Positions 26,156-33,542 of a DNA stretch of 64,000 nucleotides are shown here, piece after piece. The notes beneath the pieces are model-generated. The model worked only from the letters and a program-made list of their open reading frames with translations, did not search any database and had not been told where the DNA came from. The stretch spans positions 128,230-192,229 of the forward strand of contig JAAWDG010000013.1 of NCBI GenBank assembly GCA_022793655.1, read 5' to 3'. The DNA is from Clostridiales bacterium (GTDB lineage Bacteria; Bacillota; Clostridia; Oscillospirales; CAG-272). The translations under genes were made by a program, and so were the position numbers. Numbering within the stretch: the stretch's first letter is position 1; every line of letters starts with the position of its first letter.

Positions 26156-28035
26156 TGTTTGTAGGGGTTATTATGTTTGCTGTCCTCGGCGGCGTGACGC
26201 TTCTTGCCCATATCTATACGCTAAATAATATTAAAGCCAAAACAGTCGGCGACGGCCAGCACGGTACGGCGCGATGGGCAAACAAAGCGGAAATACGAAA
26301 GACTTATCAGCACATTCCCTTTACGCCGGAGCGATGGCGTAAGCAGGCACAGAACGAAAAAACGCCGACCACCGAGGATGGCAAGGAGCTTCCACAAGGC
26401 ATTGTTGTGGGATGTACCGGCAATACCACTGCAATGGTGGACACCGGCGATGTCCATGCGCTGATGATCGGTGCGGCCGGTGTCGGCAAAACCGCCTATT
26501 GGCTGTATCCCTGCATCGAGTATGCCTGCGCCTCCGGCATGAGCTGGCTCTCAACAGACACCAAAGGAGACATCATGCGAAACTACGGTCAGATCGCCAA
26601 AGACTACGGCTATCATGTATCGGTAATTGATTTGCGTAATCCGACAAGGAGCAACGGCAACAACCTCCTGCACCTGGTCAACAAGTATATGGACTTGTAT
26701 CAGGCACATCCCGACCAGCTCGTCTACAAGGCGCGGTGTGAGAAGTATGCCAAGATTATTTCCAAGACCATCATCCTCTCCGGCATGGATGCGGCGAGTT
26801 TTGGTCAGAACGCATACTTCTATGACGCCGCCGAAGGACTGCTGACCGCAACGATCCTGCTTGTGGCTGAATTCTGCAATCCGGAGCAACGGCACATCGT
26901 CTCGGTGTTCAAGATTATTCAGGAATTGCTCGCTCCCTCCGGCAAAAAAGGCAAGAATCAGTTCCAGCAGCTCATGGAATTACTGCCGAATGACCATAAG
27001 GCAAAATGGTTTGCGGGAGCTGCGCTCAATACCGCAGAACAAAGCATGGCAAGCGTTATGAGTACGGCACTGTCCCGCCTTAATTCCTTCCTCGACTCGG
27101 AGCTGGAGCAAATCCTCTGCTTCGATACTGAGATTGATGCGGAAAAGTTCTGTAAGGAAAAATCGGCGCTGTTTATTATTATGCCAGAAGAAAATCCGGC
27201 AACCTTCTTCATGATCTCGTTGATCATTCAACAGCTCTACCGGGAAATCCTTGCCGTTGCGGATGAGAACGGCGGTAAGTTGAAAAAACGCTGTATCTTC
27301 TTCTGCGACGAGTATGGAACGCTGCCGAAGATTGAAAGCGCAGAGATGATGTTCTCTGCCTCACGTTCAAGGCGATTGCAGATTGTGCCAATTATCCAGT
27401 CCTTCTCGCAGCTTGAAAAAAACTATGGCAAGGAAGGCTCGGAAATAATCATTGACAACACCCAGCTAACCATCTTTGGTGGCTTTGCCCCTCAGTCAAA
27501 TTCTGCAGAGGTTCTGTCAAAAGCACTCGGCTCAAGAACGGTCATGAGTGGATCGGTCAGTCGTTCAAGGAATGATCCGTCAGAATCCCTACAAATGATT
27601 GAGCGTCCGCTGATGACAGCCGATGAGCTGAAATCCATGCCCAAAGGGCAATTTGTGGTGATGAAAACAGGCTTCTATCCCATGAAGGTCAAGCTGAAGT
27701 TGTTCTTCAATTGGGGCATCAAGTTCGATGAAAAGCATCCCTATGCTGTACCTGATCAGGGAAACCGTAAAGTGGAGTACGCAGAGAAAAAGGCAATCAT
27801 TGATGGCATCATCAGAAAATACCATCCGGAGCTGTTAGAACCGCCTACGTTAGCAGAGAACGCTCCCGCGGGCGGTCAAGAGCAACCCATGAGCGAAAAA
27901 AATCAACAGCAGTCGCAGGATAAAGGCAAACGAAACGGCGGAGCATCTCTACAAACAGCACCGAAGCCCCGTCGGCTGGAGGCTCCTGCGCCTGCCGATA
28001 AGAAAGCGAAGGTGACAAGCGATGGGCAGGCTTGA
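26134..28035 (+). CDS. virD4: Type IV coupling protein (VirD4/TraG family)
   Basis: N-terminal TM helix, Walker A GAAGVGKT, a Walker B-like FFCDEYG, and a basic/Pro-rich C-terminal tail. Confidence 0.9.
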   Translation: MSGVTALVFVGVIMFAVLGGVTLLAHIYTLNNIKAKTVGDGQHGTARWANKAEIRKTYQHIPFTPERWRKQAQNEKTPTTEDGKELPQGIVVGCTGNTTAMVDTGDVHALMIGAAGVGKTAYWLYPCIEYACASGMSWLSTDTKGDIMRNYGQIAKDYGYHVSVIDLRNPTRSNGNNLLHLVNKYMDLYQAHPDQLVYKARCEKYAKIISKTIILSGMDAASFGQNAYFYDAAEGLLTATILLVAEFCNPEQRHIVSVFKIIQELLAPSGKKGKNQFQQLMELLPNDHKAKWFAGAALNTAEQSMASVMSTALSRLNSFLDSELEQILCFDTEIDAEKFCKEKSALFIIMPEENPATFFMISLIIQQLYREILAVADENGGKLKKRCIFFCDEYGTLPKIESAEMMFSASRSRRLQIVPIIQSFSQLEKNYGKEGSEIIIDNTQLTIFGGFAPQSNSAEVLSKALGSRTVMSGSVSRSRNDPSESLQMIERPLMTADELKSMPKGQFVVMKTGFYPMKVKLKLFFNWGIKFDEKHPYAVPDQGNRKVEYAEKKAIIDGIIRKYHPELLEPPTLAENAPAGGQEQPMSEKNQQQSQDKGKRNGGASLQTAPKPRRLEAPAPADKKAKVTSDGQA

Positions 28036-28282
28036 TTATTTATACCGCATGGAGTTGCCACACCGTGCGATATCCGTTTATATCTATCTCATGGATAGAG
28101 CGAATAAGGACGGACAATGCTGGCCGGCAATACCGACCATAGCGTTGGATCTGAAACTGTCGCAGTCCACGGTTCGACGAGCCTTGCAGGATTTGCGAAA
28201 AGTTGGACTTCTTAAAACCGAACAGCGATACCGCACTAAAGGCGGCAAAAGCAGTTTACTTTACAAAATCCAAAATTACTGA
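28022..28282 (+). CDS. Winged-helix DNA-binding protein (86 aa)
   Basis: IPTIALDLKLSQSTVRRALQDLRKVGLL is an HTH segment. The ORF overlaps the virD4 3' end. Confidence 0.55.
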   Translation: MGRLDYLYRMELPHRAISVYIYLMDRANKDGQCWPAIPTIALDLKLSQSTVRRALQDLRKVGLLKTEQRYRTKGGKSSLLYKIQNY

Positions 28283-28544
28283 CGAAATAAAAAAAGCCCT
28301 ACCCTGTCGCCAAGGGGGGGCTATACCCATTTGGTGACAGGTGCCTCCTGTCATAGCGGTAGGAGAAAGTGAACTATACCCACTGTAAGATTAACTACAG
28401 CAGAAAGAAAACAAATTATATAAAATATATCATTTTGTCAAAATATGTAATCGCAATACTCCTATACTAATCGAATTACTTTCTTAATAAATAATTGTAA
28501 TTTGATTATACTAATAATATCGAAAGGTATGGGGGCTATTATAG

Positions 28545-28874
28545 ATGGTGGAAAAGAGTATTGGAAAACGCATTCAAGAATTCAGAAAAAGAAAAGGACT
28601 GACGCAAGATGACCTCGCTGAAATGATTGATATCAGCCCAAATTATCTGTCTGCATTAGAGAGAGGCGTTTATAATATCAGTATCGACTTATTAATTAAA
28701 ATAATGAATTGTCTGGATTGCACCGCCAATGATCTTTTTTGTGATGTAATGCATTCGGGTTATGAAATAAAGGCTTCGCGGCTTTCTGACATGATCGAAA
28801 ATTTGCCGCCTAAAGAACAAAGCCGCATATTCAGCGTAGTGGAAGCAATGGTAAAAACTTATCTAAAACAATAG
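28545..28874 (+). CDS. XRE-family HTH regulator
   Basis: IGKRIQEFRKRKGLTQDDLAEMIDISPNYLSALERG. Confidence 0.75.
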   Translation: MVEKSIGKRIQEFRKRKGLTQDDLAEMIDISPNYLSALERGVYNISIDLLIKIMNCLDCTANDLFCDVMHSGYEIKASRLSDMIENLPPKEQSRIFSVVEAMVKTYLKQ

Positions 28875-28893
28875 AATTTAAATAATGCAAAAC

Positions 28894-28930
28894 AAAGAAT
28901 CCGCTTTTTACGGATTCTTTATTTTTTTTC
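28894..28930 (+). terminator. Intrinsic terminator
   Basis: AAAGAATCCG / CGGATTCTTT stem, 7-nt loop, then a T8 run. Confidence 0.75.
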
Positions 28931-28939
28931 TGTAAGTGG

Positions 28940-28968
28940 TAGACAACCATTATAAATCGTGCTATAAT
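28940..28968 (+). promoter_or_regulatory. Sigma-A-type promoter (TAGACA, 17-nt spacer, TGcTATAAT)
   Basis: -35 TAGACA at 28940-28945 and -10 TATAAT at 28963-28968, with TGn immediately upstream. It is followed at once by the palindrome GTAATGCGATT-ATTCA-AATCGTATTAC (28973-28999). Confidence 0.5.
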
Positions 28969-28974
28969 AGCAGT

Positions 28975-29195
28975 AATGCGATTATTCAAATCGTATTACA
29001 AGTAATTCGTGGAATGGTTGATGAACTCGGGCGTGTTGTGCTTTTTGTATTTTGGTAAGTTTCTCAATTGTTGATAACAGGATTATAATTGAAAATGAAA
29101 AGCCTTACTAACTCACTTGTAAAAGCACTGAAAACATTAGAAAAAATGAAACATAAATAACTTAAAAAGGTTCTTCAAAGAATCTTTTTAAGTTA
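28975..29195 (+). ncRNA. Candidate ~220-nt transcript (sRNA or micropeptide RNA) convergent with the XRE gene
   Basis: Bounded by the promoter above and the 14-bp hairpin at 29161-29192. It contains only 14- and 20-codon ORFs without good SD sequences. Confidence 0.25.
29161..29192. terminator. Bidirectional AT-rich hairpin terminator
   Basis: 14-bp stem (CTTAAAAAGGTTCT / AGAATCTTTTTAAG) directly after the stop of the - strand XRE gene, with U-rich flanks on both strands. Confidence 0.55.
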
Positions 29196-29510
29196 TTTAT
29201 GAAGTTGCTTTATGTCAGCGATGATGCCACGAATAATATTAAGTTGACTTGGCGATAGGGTTTTAAGTTCTGCTATCACTTCGTTGAGAAGCATTGGATT
29301 TTCAATGTCTTGTCGAAAAAACTCCTCCGGCGTAACTTTAAGGTATTCACAAATATATAAAAACCCTTGCATAGAAGGCATAGCTTTTCCATTTTCAATT
29401 CTATTTATATAGCTGGAATTTTGCCCTATGTCTAAAGACATTTCTCTACCGCTGACACCTTTCGCTTCACGCAGTTGTGTTAATCTCTTTGCAAATAGGT
29501 CTTCATACAT
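29193..29510 (-). CDS. XRE-family HTH regulator (cI-like position)
   Basis: LTQLREAKGVSGREMSLDIGQNSSYINRIENG. Divergent from the AbrB-like operon. Confidence 0.75.
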   Translation of the reverse strand: MYEDLFAKRLTQLREAKGVSGREMSLDIGQNSSYINRIENGKAMPSMQGFLYICEYLKVTPEEFFRQDIENPMLLNEVIAELKTLSPSQLNIIRGIIADIKQLHK

Positions 29511-29882
29511 ACCAACACCTTCTTATTATATAACATTCATATTAGATATTATATGTCATACGAATGCCGATAATAGGATATCAGGTGTTTTATTTAACGT
29601 ATTGTGCGTCATACAATATCTCGTTTTATCAAATTAAGGATTTTTTATATCCAACAAAGCGTTGTTATAAAATTTTTGATAATAAAAAGTCAAAAATTTG
29701 CCTGCATCGGCAAGCGGACTTTATTAGTTTTTTTAAAAATAATTATCAATCGTGTTTATTGGCATTCGGCGCAACAATGGCGACAGTAAGGACATTATCA
29801 GATATTAGAATTGAAAAAGACTAAATCGAAGTAGACAAAGCGAAACCAAAAGATAATATAAATAAAAAACGGAGAAAACATA

Positions 29883-30143
29883 ATGTTAAAATGTTTAAAG
29901 CGACTTGATGATGTTGGTAGATTAGTTCTGCCGAAAGAACTACGGAAGGCATTAGAGCTTACTCCTAAAGATTGGATAACAATTAAGCTGTCTGGTGAGG
30001 AGATGGTTATAAAAAAATTAGTGGATTCATGCGCATTTTGTGAAAGCAAGCAAAAACTAATAAAAATAAAAGAAAAGTTTGTTTGTGAGCACTGTCGTAA
30101 AGATTTGTGTAGAATTTATGATGAATTAAAACAAAAAATATAA
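29883..30143 (+). CDS. AbrB/SpoVT-like protein with a C-terminal CxxC...CxxC zinc ribbon
   Basis: KRLDDVGRLVLPKELRKALEL (AbrB-fold motif) plus CAFCE...CEHC. Confidence 0.6.
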   Translation: MLKCLKRLDDVGRLVLPKELRKALELTPKDWITIKLSGEEMVIKKLVDSCAFCESKQKLIKIKEKFVCEHCRKDLCRIYDELKQKI

Positions 30144-30167
30144 ACTAATAAATTTATGAGGTGAAAA

Positions 30168-30623
30168 ATGCAATATTTACTTAGGGATGTATTTAGTTTT
30201 GAGTGCGGAAGATGTCTTATTTCCGTGCCGGGAAATTATTATTTTTTCTCGGAAAGCTCAGAATACTTCATATTTACACCTGTTGACGACAAGGATATTA
30301 AGATAACCTATGAAATCAATAATTATGAAAACGATTGGGATATTACCGACGAAGATATCTATGAGGATATAAAGCAATCGATACATAACCATCAGCGAGA
30401 TACCTACGAAACGGAGGCACCTATTGAAGCTTTTGAAAATAATAACCTAAAAGGCTATTGTTCGACCTATAGTGATGATGAGGAGGATGTATATGAAGCA
30501 GGTATGTTACTTGGTAATAGTATAGCCTTAACAGTTACAATCTACGACCAAACCCATTCAATTGAAGAAATAAAGAACTCGACGGAATTTAAGGCACTCT
30601 TTAACGGCATAAAGAAAATTTAA
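30168..30623 (+). CDS. Acidic hypothetical protein (151 aa)
   Basis: RBS gaggtga. D/E-rich (for example DWDITDEDIYEDI and YSDDEEDVYE). Confidence 0.5.
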   Translation: MQYLLRDVFSFECGRCLISVPGNYYFFSESSEYFIFTPVDDKDIKITYEINNYENDWDITDEDIYEDIKQSIHNHQRDTYETEAPIEAFENNNLKGYCSTYSDDEEDVYEAGMLLGNSIALTVTIYDQTHSIEEIKNSTEFKALFNGIKKI

Positions 30624-30934
30624 GCTATTAGAATATTTATTAAGATTGTACAGCACGTGATCTCATAGTACATGCTTTTATAAAATAATCCAATCATTCT
30701 AAAAAGTAACATTTTTCTAATGTATTTTCCGATATAATGTAATTAATTATAAGAAATATCTACTAATTAATTTAAGGGTAATACAAATATATACCGATGA
30801 AAAAGCCAAAAAAGATATGAAAATGTCCGCGCATAGGTTTTAATAGGAAAAAGATATATTCGTTTTTCTGAAAGGTTTTAGAAAATGAAGGATATAAAAA
30901 GAATACTATTACCATCACTGTATATGTGCGTTAG

Positions 30935-30978
30935 AGCGCCCGATTTGCTTTTTGCAAATCGGGCGCTATTTGTTTTTT
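30935..30978 (+). terminator. Intrinsic terminator T1
   Basis: 14-bp GC-rich stem AGCGCCCGATTTGC / GCAAATCGGGCGCT, followed by ATTTGTTTTTT. Confidence 0.75.
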
Positions 30979-31326
30979 ATCTCGACAAAAAATAAAGGTA
31001 AAGAATATAAACTTTATTTTTTTGACGGCGAATTTAAAAAGAAAGGTGACATGTTTTGCCATTTAGTGAAGAACGACCTCGGATGTGTGTTCACATAAAA
31101 AATATAGTTTGTTTGACGTAGCAGGATTGCCTCGTGTAATGCTCTGACCGTGTGGCAATGCTGCCGTGTGTTGGAGTGATGTTTTTTGAACGCGAACCAA
31201 TACATAATCGTTAGGGTTGTCTTTCCTGCTATCCGTAGGAAAAGACAACATCATTGTGCGAAGAACAATGGTGCGGAGAAAAGGCCGCAAAAGGACAAGC
31301 CTCTGTGCTACATTCTTCATCGTACA

Positions 31327-31372
31327 GCCAAATTTGCCCGTGATTTTTCAAGGAGCAAGTTTGGCTTTTTTT
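31327..31372 (+). terminator. Intrinsic terminator T2
   Basis: 11-bp stem GCCAAATTTGC / GCAAGTTTGGC (one G-U pair), 17-nt loop, then a T7 run. Confidence 0.6.
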
Positions 31373-31488
31373 ATGATGCGCAAACTATAAAAATTTTTAC
31401 TACAAAACCGGTAGGCATCGGTTGTCGTGACCCGCCTTCAATCAATCGTTTTGATTATTTTCAAATTCATTGATTGGAGGATAGCAGC

Positions 31489-31944
31489 ATGAATGCTGAT
31501 AATAAGAAAATATGGGTAGATGGGAAATCTGTTGAAGTAACAGATGAAGTTTATGATGCCTATATGAAAGGTGATCGAAAAATACGCTACTTTGAAATAG
31601 ATTTAAAAACAGAGAGGATGCACATCAAAGGATGTGATAGAATCGCTGTTGTTCCAAGCCGTGAGGATTCATTGGACAGGCTAATGGACGATCAAGCCTA
31701 CCAGTTTTCTGATGACAGCGAAGGAGTGGAAGAATTTGTACTCCGCAAAGTTTCTTATGAAACACTCTACGAAGCATTGGACAAGCTGTCAAAGGATGAG
31801 CAGACTTTTGTCTTTGCAATGTTCTTTGAGAATAAAACGGAAAGGGAATTGGCTGCACTTATGGGTATTACACAGCCGGCGATCCACAAGAGAAAAATAA
31901 AAATACTTGATAAGCTAAAAAATTTTTTAAAAAATAGTATTTAG
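31489..31944 (+). CDS. Sigma-70 region-4-type (Tn916 Orf7-like) small sigma/HTH factor
   Basis: C-terminal LSKDEQTFVFAMFFENKTERELAALMGITQPAIHKRKIKILDKLK. RBS GGAGG. Confidence 0.7.
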   Translation: MNADNKKIWVDGKSVEVTDEVYDAYMKGDRKIRYFEIDLKTERMHIKGCDRIAVVPSREDSLDRLMDDQAYQFSDDSEGVEEFVLRKVSYETLYEALDKLSKDEQTFVFAMFFENKTERELAALMGITQPAIHKRKIKILDKLKNFLKNSI

Positions 31945-31953
31945 CGGTTATCA

Positions 31954-31997
31954 GCCCCTTCACTCAACGGCAAATAGAGTGAAGGGGCATTCTTATT
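31954..31997 (+). terminator. Intrinsic terminator after the sigma-like gene
   Basis: 12-bp stem GCCCCTTCACTC / GAGTGAAGGGGC, followed by ATTCTTATT. Confidence 0.65.
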
Positions 31998-32446
31998 GCC
32001 TCTGGTGATCATTGAAAACTGAATAGCACAGCGCATTTTTTACCTTCCTTCTGCTGTCGGGAAACCGGCAAGCCACAAGAGATCATCTCAGACGGTGCGG
32101 GGCATCCGTACCGAAGGTCATGACAGGCAGGAGGGACAATGATACTTGCGTCCAGTCACAGGTCGAGCGTTGAAGCAGAGTGTAATGCTAACCGAGCAAA
32201 TATGCGAAAGCATATTTGACCGCAAAGCTATGCTTTGCGTGCCGTCGCAACCAATGAGGGCGCCTCGGAGAGTTCCTCGGAGGGGTGAGATTCCCATGAG
32301 GTCTGAAAGGCTTTGCCTTTCATCTGCACAGACCGGAAAATGCGTTCCCGTGTATCCGAGGGGCGGCGAGGATCGAATATCGGTAAAGAACAAAACGATT
32401 GATACGAATACAAGGCGGCTGTTTCCAGAATGCAAACAACCGCCTT
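31998..32446 (+). ncRNA. Candidate large structured non-coding RNA / leader upstream of mazF (class unknown)
   Basis: Stacked hairpins: 32053-32073 (GAAA loop), 32091-32119, 32166-32189, 32197-32218 (9 bp, GAAA loop), 32221-32239, 32300-32334 and 32412-32446 (13 bp). More GC-rich than its flanks. The ORFs crossing it lack an RBS and look non-protein-like. Confidence 0.4.
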
Positions 32447-32467
32447 TTACTTATGGAGGAAAATATC

Positions 32468-32821
32468 ATGGAAAAAATCAAAAGAGGGCAAATCTACTAC
32501 GCCGAATTATCTCCAATAATCGGCAGTGAGCAAGGCGGCAACCGTCCCGTTGTTATCCTACAAAACGATAAAGGAAATCTCTACAGTAATACCACGATTG
32601 TAGCGGCAATCACAAGTGAGCTGGATAAAACCCATCTGCCCACGCATATCATTTTCACAGCGAACTGTATGGAAAAAACCTCTATGGTTTTGCTTGAGCA
32701 GATTAGGACGCTGGACAAATCTCGTCTTAACAATTGTATTGGGATAATGGATGATAGAACAATGCAGCGAATTGACCACGCAGTTGCAATCAGCTTGGGA
32801 CTTGAACATTTGGGGGATTAA
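32468..32821 (+). CDS. mazF: MazF/EndoA-type endoribonuclease toxin
   Basis: KRGQIYYAELSPIIGSEQGGNRPVVILQND...LPTHI...[14 protein letters not shown] closely resembles Bacillus EndoA/MazF. RBS GGAGGA. No antitoxin ORF lies upstream. Confidence 0.9.
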   Translation: MEKIKRGQIYYAELSPIIGSEQGGNRPVVILQNDKGNLYSNTTIVAAITSELDKTHLPTHIIFTANCMEKTSMVLLEQIRTLDKSRLNNCIGIMDDRTMQRIDHAVAISLGLEHLGD

Positions 32822-32823
32822 AA

Positions 32824-33162
32824 ATGAATGAAAAAAAGGGGTGGATGTATATCCGAAAAACACATCAACCGGTTATAAGTCTTGACGAACAAAAAGTGCA
32901 GCTCAGAAAATGGAGTGAATATCAGGGATACAAGATTGTTGGAGAAACGGCTATACTTGGCGGCAACGAAAAATCAAAGAATACTATAGTGAATATCCTC
33001 CACCAAGAGCCTCCAGCAAACGGTGCAACATATCTTATTACACCGTCTTTTTCTCACCTTTCCCGCAGCTTTTTCCAAACAGTTGAAATACTGAAAGAGC
33101 TGAATGAATACGGAATAGGCATTATTACGGCAAACAATCCAGTTGCTCCTAATCTAAAATAG
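32824..33162 (+). CDS. Stand-alone, probably inactive resolvase catalytic-domain protein (112 aa)
   Basis: WMYIRKTHQPVISLDEQ...YKIVGE...YLITPSFSHLSRSFFQTVEILKELNEYGIGIIT aligns to the serine-recombinase N-domain pattern (YxRVSTxxQ..SLxxQ...DRLSR...). The nucleophile Ser is Thr, and there is no DNA-binding domain. Starts 3 nt after the mazF stop. Confidence 0.6.
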   Translation: MNEKKGWMYIRKTHQPVISLDEQKVQLRKWSEYQGYKIVGETAILGGNEKSKNTIVNILHQEPPANGATYLITPSFSHLSRSFFQTVEILKELNEYGIGIITANNPVAPNLK

Positions 33163-33251
33163 AAAATATACAGTAGCCAGAAATAGAATTAGAAGATAAC
33201 GAAACAAATTGCGCTAATGCATCACAGTTTATAATATGAGGTGAAGAAACA

Positions 33252-33404
33252 ATGAATCAGACCGATCTAAATAACGCATCTTTTGCTTACAGCGTGAGCA
33301 TGCTTCGAATGCTGCTCAGAATGAAGCTTATTACCAAAGAAGAATACGATCAAATCGCGCATATCAGCGCAGAGTTTTATGGCGTAGAAGTTTATTGTGT
33401 CTGA
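33252..33404 (+). CDS. Possible 50-aa ORF
   Basis: ATG ORF MNQTDLNNASFAYSVSMLRMLLRMKLITKEEYDQIAHISAEFYGVEVYCV with a weak SD (gaggtgaag). Too short for the ORF track. Confidence 0.3.
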   Translation: MNQTDLNNASFAYSVSMLRMLLRMKLITKEEYDQIAHISAEFYGVEVYCV

Positions 33405-33542
33405 AGTGATAATTTTTCAGTTTAGCGCTGGATATATTTGTACTTCTGTGGTATTGTTAGTGCTACCCAAAGGGTAACACAGTTGCCGCAGAACAAGCGG
33501 TAATATAAAAGCAGGCAGCAAGCCTGCGGAAAGGAGAAAGAA

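Noticed and set aside
32194-32265. Local resemblance to the c-di-GMP-I (GEMM-I) core: GCAAA, then a GNRA hairpin, then GACnGCAAAGC, then an AACCAAUG-containing loop.
   Set aside because: The conserved AAA would be paired with UUU in the 9-bp hairpin. GCAAAGC itself forms a hairpin with GCUUUGC. I could not build the P1/P3 helices or the 3' GCUACC-type element. The point is left for a covariance-model test rather than claimed.
32094-32446. A group II intron (the 5' GUGCG-like GGTGCGG at 32094, located after a terminator as in class IIC introns).
   Set aside because: No domain V candidate exists (no 34-nt helix with an AGC triad and a 2-nt bulge). There is no intron-encoded protein or branch-site domain VI, and the region is too short.
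32146-32529. A 127-aa ORF upstream of and overlapping mazF, considered as a possible antitoxin.
   Set aside because: It has no SD. Its composition (R/P/C-rich) is typical of a GC-rich non-coding frame. It runs out of frame into mazF by 60 nt and has no RHH, AbrB or PHD-like motif.
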